NCBI GenBank assembly: GCA_963723565.1
Contig: CAVRRH010000008.1
Location: 12,935 to 76,934, forward strand
Source: an uncultured Gemmatimonadales bacterium
GTDB taxonomy: Bacteria > Gemmatimonadota > Gemmatimonadetes > Gemmatimonadales > GWC2-71-9
DNA: 64,000 bases
Reading direction: 5' to 3'
Notes under the pieces: model-generated
Seen by the model: the letters and a program-made list of their open reading frames with translations, nothing else
What the model was told of the DNA's origin: nothing
Databases searched by the model: none
In this document: piece by piece, positions 47,277-59,736 of the stretch
How positions within the stretch are numbered: the stretch's first letter is position 1
Layout: every line of letters starts with the position of its first letter
Made by a program: the position numbers and the translations under genes

Positions 47277-48552
47277 CCACGCGCTCGATCTCGGCTCCCA
47301 GCGCTCGCAACCGCTCGTCGATCCGCTCGTAACCGCGCTCGATCTGGCCCACGTTGTGAATGGTGCTGGGGCCTTCCGCGGCCAGCGCCGCAAGAAGCAT
47401 GGCCATACCGGCCCTGATGTCCGGAGACTCCACCGTTCCGCCTTTCAGGGGCGAAGGCCCCGAGATCACGGCGCGGTGCGGGTCGCAGAGCACGATACGC
47501 GCGCCCATCCCGATCAACTTGTCCACGAAGAAGAGCCGGGACTCGAACATCTTCTCGAAGACCAGCAGCATGCCGGAGCATTGAGTCGCGGTGACGATGG
47601 TGGTAGACATGACGTCAGCCGGAAACGCAGGCCACGGTCCGTCCTCCAGCTTCGGCACGTGGCCGCCGAGGTCGGGACGGATTCTCCGCTCCTGGCCTGC
47701 GCTCACGCTCAGTCGGGTTCCTTCGATCTTGGGACGAATGCCGAGCCGTTCGAACCCGAGTATCGTGCTGCGGAGATCTTCCTGACGGACCGGTTCGATG
47801 ACGATGTCGCTGTTGGTGACGGCCGCGAGGCCGATGAAGCTCCCGATCTCGATGTGATCCGGACCGATGGTATAAGACGTGCCCACGAGAGGGCGTCCGC
47901 CCTCGATGATATAGATGTTCGAGCCTATCCCGCTGATCTCGGCACCCATGGCCACGAGACACCGGGCCAGATCCTGCACGTGGGGCTCGCAGGCCGCGTT
48001 ACGCAAGACAGTGCGACCCTTGGCCATCACCGCGGCCATCAGCGCGTTCTCGGTGCCGGTGACGCTCGGCTCGTCGAGGAAGATGTCATCCCCTCGAAGC
48101 TCCTTGGCCTCGAGCTCATAGCGATCACCCACCATGACCGACGCACCGAGGTGCTCGAGTGCGAGGAAGTGGGTATCGACGCGGCGCCGCCCGATGACGT
48201 CGCCGCCGGGGGGTGGCAGGGTGACCGTACCAAACCGGGCCAGCATGGGACCGGCAAGCAGAATCGAGGCCCGGATTTTGGCGCAGAGCTTGGGATCGAG
48301 GGCTTTAGGCTTGACGCCACGGGTATCCACCCGCACCGAGTTCGCTCCGCTCCATTCCGCCGAGGCACCTAGATCCACCAGCAGCGCGAGCATGGTCTCG
48401 ACGTCGCGGATGCGTGGAATGTTGTCCAGATCGACGGGACCGTCGGCCAGAATAGTGGCGGCCAGGATGGGCAGCGCGGCGTTCTTGTTGCCGGCCGGAC
48501 GCACCGTTCCCCGGAGCGGGCGTCCACCTTGAACCAGAAAACGAGGAGGCAT
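47269..48552 (-). CDS. murA: UDP-N-acetylglucosamine 1-carboxyvinyltransferase (Asp in place of the usual active-site Cys)
   Basis: GNKNAALP, IRASILLAGP, PGGDVIGRR, SVTGTEN, PDIRAG, IERGYE. Confidence 0.96.
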   Translation of the reverse strand: MPPRFLVQGGRPLRGTVRPAGNKNAALPILAATILADGPVDLDNIPRIRDVETMLALLVDLGASAEWSGANSVRVDTRGVKPKALDPKLCAKIRASILLAGPMLARFGTVTLPPPGGDVIGRRRVDTHFLALEHLGASVMVGDRYELEAKELRGDDIFLDEPSVTGTENALMAAVMAKGRTVLRNAACEPHVQDLARCLVAMGAEISGIGSNIYIIEGGRPLVGTSYTIGPDHIEIGSFIGLAAVTNSDIVIEPVRQEDLRSTILGFERLGIRPKIEGTRLSVSAGQERRIRPDLGGHVPKLEDGPWPAFPADVMSTTIVTATQCSGMLLVFEKMFESRLFFVDKLIGMGARIVLCDPHRAVISGPSPLKGGTVESPDIRAGMAMLLAALAAEGPSTIHNVGQIERGYERIDERLRALGAEIERVDG

Positions 48553-48686
48553 GGACAAAGCTGAACTGGCCGGTGAATCGCGTCAAGCGGAGGTCAGGGG
48601 GTTGCGGTGGTGCGGAGACCCCTTTGTATTAGCGAGGTGGGAGATGCGCACCAATCCTTGGCGTCGAGAGTGGGAGGTTACTGGTT

Positions 48687-49166
48687 ATGTGGACACTGGC
48701 ACTCTTGCAAGTCAGCACGACCCCCGATTGGGTGGGACCGACCGTAGCCATATCGCTCGCCGTCCTGGCGCTCTCCTTCCTGGGAATGGGCATCGCCGTG
48801 GCCATTGCTGCGCTCCGGGTGGCGAAGCAGGCAAAGAAAGTCGGTGGACTGGTGGACGGTCTACAGAACGACATCGCCAGCACCCTCAAGGGGGTCCGCA
48901 GCCTGACCGAGCAGGCGCAGGAGGTGATGGTCCTGGTGCGGCACGAAGCCGGCGCTTTCTCCCAGACCGCGCGCCGACTTCGACGCAAGACGGTGCGTGC
49001 GGTGGACCGAATCGAGGCGAAGCTCGAGGATCTCGAGACCCTCTACGACGTGATCCACGACGAGATCGAAGGCAGCGCGCTGGACCTCGCCGCTGCCCTG
49101 CGCTCGCTGCGCCGGGGTAACGGAATGCTGGGGCGGGTGCGTCGGATCCTGGTACCGAGCCGCTGA
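48687..49166 (+). CDS. DUF948-like membrane-anchored coiled-coil protein
   Basis: One TM followed by long amphipathic helices. Confidence 0.7.
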   Translation: MWTLALLQVSTTPDWVGPTVAISLAVLALSFLGMGIAVAIAALRVAKQAKKVGGLVDGLQNDIASTLKGVRSLTEQAQEVMVLVRHEAGAFSQTARRLRRKTVRAVDRIEAKLEDLETLYDVIHDEIEGSALDLAAALRSLRRGNGMLGRVRRILVPSR

Positions 49167-50089
49167 TGGGCTTCCCCCGCCTCGCGCTCGCCCTGTTGGG
49201 CGTGGGGATCGCCTTGCTGGTGCTGCCGGAGCAGGCACACGCCTGGACGCCGGGAACCCACATCTACCTCGGTGAATCGGTTCTGGCCAACCTGCCCTAC
49301 CTGCCGGCGGCGGTTGCCGACCTTCTCCGCACCTACCCATTTGACTTCCTCTACGGGAACATCGCCGCCGACTCGTCGATCGCCAAACACTACGCGCCGC
49401 TCGGCCGGCACTGCCACTACTGGCATGTCGGGCAGGAGATCCACGATCTCGCGGCCACGGACGCCCTGCGCGCCTTCGGCCTGGGTTACCTGAGCCACCT
49501 CGCTGCCGACACCATCGCCCACAACTATTTCGTGCCCCGGCAGCTGATGCTCACCAGCAGTACAGCCGCCGTGGGACACTCCTATTGGGAGACCCGGGTC
49601 GAAGCCCACCTGGGCGACGCCTACGCCAAGGTAGCGAAGGATGTGATCCTGCTCGACCATGCCCCTGCGGACGCACACCTCGATCGCATCATCGCGCCGA
49701 CGATTTTCAGCGTGCGAACCAACCGGCGGCTATTCCGGGGGATGGTACACCTCACGGAAACCACGAGTTGGCAGCGCGCAAGCCAGGTGGCCCGGGAATA
49801 CAGCCGCTGGCCATTGAGCGATGTCGATGTAGAGCGTCACCTGGGTCTCGCGTTCGATTTCATGATCGAGCTCCTCGCCGAGTCGGTACCGTCGGCGCGT
49901 CACCTGGACCCTTCGGGTGAGCGACCGCTGAAGACCGCAAAGGAGATGCGCCGGCGCGTCCTTCGGGACGCAGGCCGGCGCGACATTGTCCGGCTGCAAA
50001 ACGCCGCGGACGAGCACTTCGGCCTCCCCGAACGCCCGTTGGTCTACTGGGCCAAGATCGCCCAGAAGCTTCCGTGGCGCGCGCCCTGA
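49166..50089 (+). CDS. Zinc-dependent phospholipase C family protein
   Basis: AHA|WTPGTH, FLYGNIAAD, CHYW, GYLSHLAADTIAHNYFVP. Confidence 0.88.
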   Translation: MGFPRLALALLGVGIALLVLPEQAHAWTPGTHIYLGESVLANLPYLPAAVADLLRTYPFDFLYGNIAADSSIAKHYAPLGRHCHYWHVGQEIHDLAATDALRAFGLGYLSHLAADTIAHNYFVPRQLMLTSSTAAVGHSYWETRVEAHLGDAYAKVAKDVILLDHAPADAHLDRIIAPTIFSVRTNRRLFRGMVHLTETTSWQRASQVAREYSRWPLSDVDVERHLGLAFDFMIELLAESVPSARHLDPSGERPLKTAKEMRRRVLRDAGRRDIVRLQNAADEHFGLPERPLVYWAKIAQKLPWRAP

Positions 50090-50170
50090 AGGCGCTGCCC
50101 CTTCCCCCACCCGTCTTGTCAGCGGCGACCGCTGAGCTCCCCGCACGGTCCTGATCGGACCTGCAGTCCG

Positions 50171-51133
50171 ATGATCTTGCTCCGTTTCGCCGCCGGATCC
50201 ACGGCGCTCGGGGCCATGGTGTGTCCTGTCCGCCTGGCCCTGGGTCAGGACTCGGCCCCGCGCTTCACCCTCGCGTCGTATCCCTCCCCGCTCACCGAAG
50301 GCGCACTTGGCTGGCTGTTGGTGCGCCCGAATGGAACGGACAGTATCAGCGGCGGGGAAGCCGAAGGCGAGTCGCTCCGCTTCGAGCAATCCTGCCGGGG
50401 GAGTACCGAGCCATTGTTGCGGTTCCCATCGAAAGCAGTGATTCACTGCCGGTCTCGGTATTTCTGGCGTGGCGGGGGCGCATCGACACTGTGCCAGGAG
50501 CCATTCCTGTGCGCCAGGCAGGCTACCCGCGTGAAGTGCTAGCAGTGGCTCCGAAGTTCGCCAAGCCCGATAGTGCGGCTGCGGCCCGGATCCGGCGGGA
50601 GAACGCTCGGAGCAGGCAGGTCTCGCGGGCCTCACGGGATCACCCGCGTCTGTGGCAGGGGCCCTTCCGGATACCACGAGCCAGCCGGATCACGAGCGCC
50701 TTCGGGGCCGCGCGAGTTTACAACGGCGAGGTGAGGAGCCGCCACATGGGAACGGACTTCGCCGGCGCCGTGGGCACGCCGGTGCTGGCGGCAGGACGCG
50801 GTGTGGTTGCCATGGTGGCCGACTTCTATCTCGCCGGCAGGGCGGTCTACATCGATCACGGGCAAGGACTGGTTACAGCGTACTTCCACTTGAGCCGGAC
50901 CGATGTGGCAGAGGGCGATACAGTGACGTCGGGGCAGCGTATCGGTGCAGTTGGTCGGAGCGGACGGGTCACCGGGCCCCATCTCACACTGGGTGGCACG
51001 GTTCGGCGTGATCCCGGTGGACCCTATGAGTCTCCTCACCTTGGAAAAGAAAGATGTACATGGCGTAGCCACAGACTCCTCTAGCCCGAACGCAGTAACA
51101 GACCTACCACTCAGGTCCAGGTACTCGGCGTAG
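50171..51133 (+). CDS. M23 family metallopeptidase (frameshifted)
   Basis: HMGTDF, IDHGQG..TAYFHL, GRVTGPHL. Confidence 0.88.
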
Positions 51134-51170
51134 TAGGTCCCTCGCTACACTCGGGATGAGGAGGTGTGGG

Positions 51171-52603
51171 TCACACGGGTTGGCCCAGACGTTCCTGCAA
51201 GACCGGCTGCACGCCCTTGGGATCGGCCTTCCCCTTGCTGCGCTTCATCACCTGGCCCACGAAGAACGCCATCAGCTTGGTCTCACCCTCGCGGAAGCGC
51301 GCCACCTCGCCCGGATGGGCGGCGAGCACTTCATCCACCCAGCCGGCGAGAGCCCCTGATCGCTCACCTGCACCAGTCCCAGGCGAGCTGCGGCTGCCGC
51401 GGGGTCCTGGTCGGACGATTGGGCCAGGTCGGCGTAGACGCGCTTGGCGGCCTGGTGGCTCACCACTCCCGTCGCGCACCAGCCGATCAGCTCGGCGAGC
51501 CGCCTGGCCGGCACGGGAAACGATCCGGTCTCATTATAGATGGTCATCACCTCGCCCATGACCCAATTCGCGGCGCTCTTGGGATCGGCACCCGCAGTCC
51601 ACCACCGCCTCGAAGTAGTGCGCGAGCCCGGCTCCGCCGTGATGACCCTGGCGTCCTTGGCGGACAGCGCATGGGCCGCGCTCCAGACGGGCGCGCTTGG
51701 CATCGGGAAGCTCGGGCAAGGCTGCCCGCTGCTCGGCGATCCAGCCCGGGGTCAGCACCAGGGGCGGAAGGTCGGGGTCAGGGAAGTACCGGTAGTCGTG
51801 GCTCTCTTCCTTCGATCGGATCGGCTTCACCTGCCCAGTTCCCGCATTGAAGAGGAGAGTCACCTGCTCGACCCGGTGTCCCGATTCCACCAGCGCGATC
51901 TGGCGGGCGCGCTCGGCCTCGAGCGCCCGCTCGACGTTGGCGAAGGAGTTCATGTTCTTCACCTCGGTCTTGGTGCCGAGCTTGGATGTGCCGGCGGGCC
52001 GAATGGAGAGGTTGGCATCCACCCGCAGGCTGCCCTGCTCCATGCTGCACTCGCTCACGCCGGCATAGACCAGGATCTGCCGGAGAGTGGTGAGGTACAC
52101 TCGGGCCTCCGCCGGCGAGCGCAGGTCGGGCTCGCTCACGATCTCCGCGAGCGGGGTGCCGGCACGGTTGAGATCGACCGCGGTCTTTCCCGGGAAGCGG
52201 TCGTGCAGCAGCTTGCCCGCGTCTTCCTCGACGTGGAGCCGGGTGATGCCGACCCGCATTCGGCCGCGCTCGGGCGAGTCGAAGCTGACACGTGCCGCCG
52301 GTGGCGAGCGGCCGGTCGAACTGGGAGATCTGGTAACCCTTGGGCAGATCGGGATAGAAATAGTTCTTGCGGGCGAACACGCTCGTCTCATGCACGGTGC
52401 AACCCAGCGCGAGGGCGCCGCGTACCGCCAGCCGGATCGCCTCGGCATTGGGAACCGGCAGCGCTCCCGGGAAGACCCAGGCAGACTGGACAGACGTTGG
52501 TGTTGGGCGGATCGCCGAATGTGGTCCGGTTGCCGCAGAACATCTTGGTCCGGGTACGCAGCTGGACATGGACCTCCAGGCCGATGACTGTTTCCCAGGC
52601 CAT
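51171..52603 (-). CDS. gatB: Asp/Glu-tRNA amidotransferase subunit B (frameshifted)
   Basis: [49 protein letters not shown]. Confidence 0.95.
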
Positions 52604-54016
52604 CAGCGCACCTCCGCCGGCGGGTCCATGTGTCGCTCCAGCACCTGGGCCGCGGCCAGCAGCCGTTCCTCGCCGAAATGCGGCGCCACCAACTGAGCCC
52701 CGATCGGCAGGCCCTCGCTCCGGCCCACAGGCAGGCTCATCGCGGGAAGCCCGGCCAGGTCATCGGACAGACGAAGACGTCGGCCAAATACATGGCCACC
52801 GGGTCTTCGGTCTTCTCCCCTGCCTTGAACGCCGGGGTCGGCGTGGTTGGGGTGAGGAGCAGGTCGATTCCGGACTCGAAGACCCGGCGAAAGTCCTCCG
52901 CGATCAGGGCCCGCACCTGCTGGGCCTTCTTGTAGTACGCGTCATAGTAGCCGGCGCTCAGCACGTAGGTGCCGACGAGGATCCGGCGGCGCACTTCCTC
53001 GCCGAACCCTTCGCCCCGCGTGGTGCGATACAGCGCGCGGATATCTCCCTCGGGTCCGACCGCGCCGCTTGCCGTAGCGCACACCGTCATAGCGCGCCAG
53101 ATTCGCCGCCGCTTCCGCCGGCGCGATGATGTAGTAGGTCGGCACCGCATAAGTCGAATTGGGGAGCGAGACCATCGCGGACCTCTCCACCGAGCTCCTG
53201 GATCTTCTCGGTGGTGCGGCGGAGCGCAGCCGCAACTCCGGCGTCGAGGTCGGCCGGGAAGTACTCCCGCGGAAGGCCGAACGGTGAGCCCGCGAAGGTC
53301 GGGCAGAGACTGGGGCACCTGCAGGGGCGGACGGTCGACCGTGGTGGCATCGAGCGGGTCGGGGCCGCTGATCGTGCTCAGCACCCGGGCGGCGTCGTCC
53401 ACGGTGCGGCCAAAGACCGAGACGCAATCGAGCGAGGAGCCGAAGGCCACCAGCCCATAGCGGCTCACCCGGCCGTAGCTCGGTTTGATCCCCACAACCC
53501 CGCAGAAGCTCGCCGGCTGGCGCACCGAGCCGCCGGTCTCGGAGCCCAGCGCCGCGGGCACCACACCTGCCGCCACCAGCGCGGCCGAGCCGCCGGACGA
53601 TCCACCCGGCACCCGCTTGGGTCCGAGCGGATGCTTTACCCGTCCAAAGGCCGAGTGCTCGGTGGAGGAGCCCATGGCGAACTCGTCGAGGTTGGTCTTG
53701 GCCGCGATCATGGCTCCGGCCGCCCGCAGCCGCTCGACGACGGTCGCGTTGTAAGGGGATACGTAGCCCTCCAGAATCCGGGAGGCGCAGGTGGTCGGCT
53801 GCTCCACCGTGACGATGTTGTCCTTCAGCGCGACCGGCATGCCTGCGAGCGGGCCCCGGGCCGGCATCGCATCCACCCGCGCCGCCTTCAGCGTCGAGCA
53901 GCTCCTGCGACCAGTGCAAGACCGCGTTCGAGGGCTCGGACTGGGCCAGGCGAACACCGGTCTCACGCGCCGTTGCTGCCCCGCCGTCCCCGCTGTCCCG
54001 CTGTCTCCGCCGTCAC
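52603..54016 (-). CDS. gatA: Asp/Glu-tRNA amidotransferase subunit A (frameshifted; start uncertain, 53966 or 54016)
   Basis: [53 protein letters not shown]. Confidence 0.95.
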
Positions 54017-54313
54017 TGATCCTCCATCGCGCCATGGCGGGGCACCAGGAAGAACCCATCCGCGAACTCTGGCGCCATCTCGGCCGGCGGGCGCGCCAGC
54101 GGCACTGGCGCCTCCACGTCCTCGCGGAGCGTGAGCGGATGCGGCCCGGCCAGGAACGGCTCGGCCAGTCCGGATCGCCGGGCACTTCATCGAGCTGGCG
54201 ACGTAGTCCACGATCCGATTCATCTGCTCGACCAGCCGGCGAAGCTCGTTCTCCCTCACCGCCAGCTCGGCGAGCTTGGCTACGTGCAGCACTTCATCCC
54301 GCCCGATGCTCAT
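54013..54313 (-). CDS. gatC: Asp/Glu-tRNA amidotransferase subunit C (frameshifted)
   Basis: [17 protein letters not shown]; position immediately before gatA. Confidence 0.88.
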
Positions 54314-56598
54314 GCGCTCTCCCATTCGCGTTCCAGACCGGCATAGGCAACCAGCAGCTGCTTCACACCGACTTCCTCGTCATCGAAGGCCACCGATACC
54401 TTGAGGTCGCGCCCGGTGCCCACGAGTCCCTGGATCGTCCCGCTGCCGAAACGCCGGTGCCGGACCCGCTCGCCTTTGACGTAGCGGGGAGTGTCCTGGG
54501 ACGGCTCGTCCTCGGCAGGGCGACGCGAGGCCGGTAGCGGCGAGGCGTGCGCTCGCCCAGGGCGACGCTCCGGGACGCCCCGTACCGCCCCGCTGCCCCG
54601 CTGCCCCGCTGCCCCCAATCCGGTGCCCACAGCGACGTAGTCCGCCGCTCTTCAATGATGCCCGGCGGAATCGCCTGGAGAAAGCGGGACGCGATGCCGG
54701 GCCGAGCTCTCCGCCTCGGCGCCGGGCCCGAGCCCAGGTCAGGTAGAGCTTGTCCTTGGCCCGGGTGAGCCCCACATAGCAGAGCCGGCGCTCCTCTTCC
54801 AGGCCGGAGGGTTGTTCCTCCGCTCGGGCCAGCGGAAACAGGCCGTGCTCGAGCCCCGCTCATGACCACCACGGGCCACTCCAGACCCTTCGCGGTGTGC
54901 AGCGTCATGAGGGTGACCCCCTGCTCCTGTCCCATGCTCCTTGTCGACCGCGGAGAGCAGCGCTGCCTCCGCCAGGAAGCGCTCCAGCGGCGGTCTCGAC
55001 CGCTCTCGGTGTCAACCGGGACTACCTCCGACCAGTTGGCGGCGCTGGCCACCAGCTCGCGGACATTTTCCCAGCGATCGGCCCCTTCGGGCCCTTCGGC
55101 GTGGAGTACGGCCTCGTAATCGATGGCCCGGATGAGGTGCTCCAGCAGGTCGGCGGGCGGGAGCTCGCGCTTCTGTGCCGCTCCGTCGATGAGCGCCGCG
55201 AAGTTGCGGAATGCCTCGCGTACGTTGGGTCGGAGGTCCGGAATCCGATCGGCGATGCGAGCGGTGTCCAGCAGCGGCTTGCCCCACTGCGCCGCAGCCC
55301 GGCCCAGGGTAGCAAGGCTGGTTTCGCCGAGGCCTCGGCGAGGAACCCCGACTGCCCGCAGGAACGCCTCGTCGTCGGAGGGATTGCTGACCAGCCGCAG
55401 ATACGCCAGCAGATCCTTCACCTCGCGGCGCTCGTAAAAGCTGATGGCGCCGATCAGCCGATACGGCACGCCGGCCCGCCGGAACGCTTCTTCCAGGGCG
55501 CGTGACTGGGAGTTGGTGCGGTAGAGCACCGCCATTTCGCTGTACTGCCAGTCGGCCGCGGCGCTCCGCTTCTGCAGCTCGCGGACCACCCATTCGGCCT
55601 CGTCCCGCTCGTCCGCCGCGGCCACCAGCGTGACCGATTCCCCACCTCGGCGCCGGGTGGTGAGTGTCTTGCCGATACGGCCGCTGTTTTCCGCGATGAC
55701 CCCGTTCGCCGCATCGAGCACCACCTGGGTGGAACGGTAGTTCTCTTCCAGGCGAACCAATTTGGCGCCGGGAAAGTCCTTGAGGAATTCCTGCATGTTG
55801 CGCACGTCGGCGCCGCGCCAGCCGTAGATCGACTGGTCGTCGTCGCCCACCGCGCGACGTTGCCGTGAGCGCCGAGCAGCCGGATCAGCTCGTACTGGGC
55901 CCGATTGGTATCCTGGAACTCATCCACCAGGATGAAGCTGAACCGGTTCTGATACGCCCGCAGCCGTTCGGGGTGGTCCCGGAAGAGCGTGAGAGGGTGC
56001 AGCAGCAGGTCGTCGAAGTCCATGGCGTTGGCCGCCTTCAGCGCCGGCCCCAGAGCCGACGTACATCTCGGACGCCACCTGGGCCAGCCGATCGAATGGG
56101 GCGCCAGCGGCCAGCTCCGACGGGGGCACCATCCGGTTCTTGGCGGCGGAGATGACGGACTGCACCGCCCTGGGTGGGAACTGCTTCACTCGAGTGGCCC
56201 CGCTGGTCCATGAGCCGCTTGATCAGGCTCAGCCGATCATCCTCGTCGTAGATGGTGAATTGACGGCTGAACCCCAGCAGCTCGGCCTCGCGCCGGAGCA
56301 GGCGCGCCGAGAGCGAGTGGAATGTGCCGATCCACAGACCGGACGGATCGCGGTTAAGCAGCTGGCCGATCCGGTGCTTCATTTCGCCCGCGGCTTTGTT
56401 GGTGAAGGTCACGGCGAAGATCCGCTCGGGAGGCACGCCGTGCCGATCGATCAGGGCAGCGATCCGCATGGTGAGCACCCGGGTCTTGCCCGAGCCGGCT
56501 CCCGCCAGCACCAGCAGAGGTCCGTGGACGTGCTCCACCGCCTCGCGCTGGGCAGGGTTGAGGGCATGCTCCAAGATTTGCTCCGACGTATCGATCAT
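54310..56598 (-). CDS. uvrD: UvrD/PcrA ATP-dependent DNA helicase (frameshifted)
   Basis: [51 protein letters not shown]-terminal VRHRRFG domain. Confidence 0.95.
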
Positions 56599-57758
56599 TG
56601 GGTTCGTGCGGCCAGGGGAAGACGAATAACGAAACAGGTTCCCTTCTCAGTTGGCTCCAGCATCAGCGCGCCCCCATGGGCGTCCTCGACCACCCGGCGG
56701 GAGAGCGCGAGGCCGATGCCCCATCCACCCCGCTTCGTGGTCGTGCCTGGTTCGAACAGGGTCCGCCGAAGCTCCTTGGGAACACCAGGACCATCATCGA
56801 TGACCCGAATTGCTCCCATGTTGTCTTCCGCCCCGATTCGCAGAATAATCGCTCCGGGTCTGCCCTGCAGAGCATCAATAGCATTCTTCACCAACGATTC
56901 CAGCGCCCACTCGAGCAGTACGGCGTCCCCGAGGACCGTGGGACCGGCGCCAGGCGCCTCCACCCGCAGATCGATCATGTTGGTATGTCGGGGCAGCCGA
57001 GGCCGGTAGTAGCCGGCGACACGGTCCGCCAACGCACCCAGCCCGATCGGCTCGCGCTTGGCTGGGTTGCCGATCCGCTCGAATCGCTGCGCCACCCGGT
57101 CGAGCCTTTCCGCATCAGCACTCAGGTGATCGGCCAGTCCGGGCGGCGGCGTTGCCCGGTCGCGGACCCGCTCGATCCAGCCCTGAAGGCTGGTGAGCGG
57201 CGTGCCCATCTGATGCGCCGCCTCCCGGGCCATGGCTACCCAGAGCCGGTCCCGCTGAGCCGACATGGCGCTGCGATACGCGAAAACCGCTACCCCACCA
57301 TGACCGCGATCGTGAGCGCCTGCAGTACGGCCAGCGCGATCGAGATTGCGCTGAGCCGGCAGCGGGCCATAGTGGACCGTCCCGATGGCCGCATCGGTGA
57401 TCGGTGGATTCTGCCGGTCGAGCCTGGCGGCGTAGAGCTTCACTCGGGGATCGTCGAGCGGCGCGTCGAACGGAAGGTTTGCCGCAGCAGTCACCCGGCC
57501 CGTGGTGTCGGTGACTACCAGTGGTAGTCCGAGCGAGCGCACCTGCTCGCCCAGCCGGAGCAGCGCTTCGGCTTCGGCGCCGGGACGTGGGTTGTTGAGG
57601 CCGCCGAACACGCCGGAGTAGAGCCGGCTGGTAGCGGACGCATCGGCCTTGAAGTGCAGGAAAATCAGGACTCCCGTGCCGAGACTCAAACCGGCCAGCA
57701 GCGCCACGAGCGCCACGACCATCGTGGGCGCGAGGCGCTGAAGCCGTTCGCTACGCAC
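56595..57758 (-). CDS. Sensor histidine kinase
   Basis: [40 protein letters not shown]. Confidence 0.92.
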   Translation of the reverse strand: MRSERLQRLAPTMVVALVALLAGLSLGTGVLIFLHFKADASATSRLYSGVFGGLNNPRPGAEAEALLRLGEQVRSLGLPLVVTDTTGRVTAAANLPFDAPLDDPRVKLYAARLDRQNPPITDAAIGTVHYGPLPAQRNLDRAGRTAGAHDRGHGGVAVFAYRSAMSAQRDRLWVAMAREAAHQMGTPLTSLQGWIERVRDRATPPPGLADHLSADAERLDRVAQRFERIGNPAKREPIGLGALADRVAGYYRPRLPRHTNMIDLRVEAPGAGPTVLGDAVLLEWALESLVKNAIDALQGRPGAIILRIGAEDNMGAIRVIDDGPGVPKELRRTLFEPGTTTKRGGWGIGLALSRRVVEDAHGGALMLEPTEKGTCFVIRLPLAARTQ

Positions 57759-59035
57759 GTGGGGTCAGGCGATCGACGCCCAGATACGGCACCAGCGCCT
57801 CGGGCACCCGCACCGACCCGTCGGCCGCTTGGTTGTTCTCCAAAAGGGCGATAATCGTGCGCGGAAAGGCGACACCCGAGGCATTGAGCGTGTGCACGAA
57901 CTCGGGCTTGGCCTTGGGTGCCGGCCGGTAGCGGATGTTCGCCCGGCGGGCCTGGAAATCAGTGAAGGTGCTCGAGCTGGAGACTTCGAGCCAGGTACCG
58001 ACCCCGGCTGCCCAGACTTCGATATCGTAGGTTCTGGCGCTGGCAAATCCCGTGTCGCCCGCGGCGAGCTCTACAACCCTGTAAGGCAATTCCAGGCGCT
58101 GCAGCACCGTTTCGGCGTGGCTGGTGATTCGCTCGTGCTCTGCCGCCGACTCTTCCGGGCGCACCAGTCGGACCAGCTCCACCTTGTCGAACTGGTGAAC
58201 CCGGATCAGCCCGCGGGTGTCCTTGCCGTGAGAGAAGGCCTCCCGCCGAAAGCACGGAGTATAGGAGACATAAGTCGCCGGCAGCGCATTGGCCTCGAGG
58301 ATCTCGTCTCGATGGATGTTGGTGACCGGCACCTCGGCCGTAGGGATCAGGAACAGATCATCGGCCGGAGAGGCGTAGACCTCCTCGGCGAACTTTGGTA
58401 GCTGGCCGGTGCCGGTCAGGGTGGCGCGGTTGACCAGATAGGGAGGCGCGACCTCCAGATACCCGTGTTCCCGGGTGTGCAGGTCGAGCATGAAGTTGGC
58501 CAGCGCGCGGCCGAGCTTGGCGCCCATTCCGGTAAAGAGCGGGAAAGCCGGAGCCAGCCACTTTGACGCCAGCCGGCAGGTCCAGCAGCCGGAGAGACAC
58601 GCCCAGCTCCCAGTGTGGCCTGGGCACGAAGTCGAGCACCGGCGGACTCACCCCAGGAACGCACGAGCCGGTTGGCCGACGCGTCGCCATCGGGCACCCG
58701 CTCGTGGGGAAAGTTGGGGATGGTGAGCGCCAGCTCGTCCAGCGCGGCCTCGATCTCCCGCAGCCGGGGTCCAATACCTTGACCTCCTCACCCGACGCTT
58801 TCAGCCGCTCCATAAGATCGTCGGCGGGCTGCTTGGCCCGCTTCCGCCGGGCGACCTCATCACTGGCCGAGTTGCGATCGGCCTTCAGCGCTTCGACCCG
58901 TACCAGCAACTCGCGCCGCTGGCGGTCGAGCTCGAGCATGGCATCGATAGTCGCTGCGAGCGACGGATCGCCGCGTCGCATCAGGCTGGCGCGGCTGCCG
59001 GCCGGATCCTGCCGGAGTCGCTTGAGGTCGATCAC
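57751..59035 (-). CDS. serS: Serine--tRNA ligase (frameshifted)
   Basis: [44 protein letters not shown]. Confidence 0.96.
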
Positions 59036-59037
59036 AC

Positions 59038-59595
59038 TTACCGGTCTGGGAGGCCGGGTTCGAGGCTCTTGAACCCGCAGTTGTCGTTAACCAGGACCCG
59101 GAACGATGACGATCCGGGTCGTCTCATCGAACGACGAGGATTTCCATCTTGCCGTATTTGGGGACGCCGACCTGGCAGGTGATTCGGCCCCGCACCACGT
59201 AGCGCTGGCCCACGGCGATCGGCACCGCCGCATCAGTCATGTAACCGTCACTGGGTGCGACGGTGATGGCCTCGAAGCTCTCACTCCGGAGCTGGAACCC
59301 AGGCTTGGCCGTGTTCGCGGTGTCGATGCCCAGAGCCGCCCGCGGGCAGGAAGACGTGCTGCTGCCACCGTCTGATTGTACGCGAAGTCGAATTCGATCG
59401 ACAGATCGGTCCGCACTCTCCGACTCCCGTCGACCGAATACCCGCTCGGGGTGGAGACCGGAGTGCCGACCAGAGCCCAGAGGGTGTCGGTACGCTCGAC
59501 GTTCTCAACCGTCGCATCGGGCAAGCCGTTCGAGTCGCTGCAGGCGATGCCGCGCCAGAGTGAGCAACAAGAAAATCAGGGAGAAGTGGTCGCAT
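59038..59595 (-). CDS. Hypothetical lipoprotein (frameshifted)
   Basis: Hydrophobic N-terminus with IAC lipobox after frame correction; WALVGTPVSTPSGY. Confidence 0.65.
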
Positions 59596-59604
59596 TGAGC
59601 GGGA

Positions 59605-59633
59605 AGGTTAAGCCCCGGGTGAAGGGGGGTCAA
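59605..59633 (-). promoter_or_regulatory. Sigma70-type promoter for the lipoprotein-serS operon
   Basis: TTGACC-17nt-TAACCT. Confidence 0.6.
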
Positions 59634-59672
59634 CCGGAGGAGATGCGATGCCTTCAACCCGGCGTCATTTTC

Positions 59673-59701
59673 TTGACTTCGCCTCGGGCGACTCGTACGT
59701 T
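59673..59701 (+). promoter_or_regulatory. Sigma70-type promoter for the roadblock-manC operon
   Basis: TTGACT-17nt-TACGTT. Confidence 0.6.
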
Positions 59702-59736
59702 GCCCCTGGCTTTTTTCTGCTGCCCCGGAGCGACCA

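Noticed and set aside
47269-48552. MurA with Asp at the fosfomycin-reactive Cys position
   Set aside because: A known natural variant in several phyla.
56595-57758. Orphan histidine kinase with an HQ H-box in the serS-uvrD operon
   Set aside because: Recognisable kinase type; orphan placement is common and nothing else is unusual.
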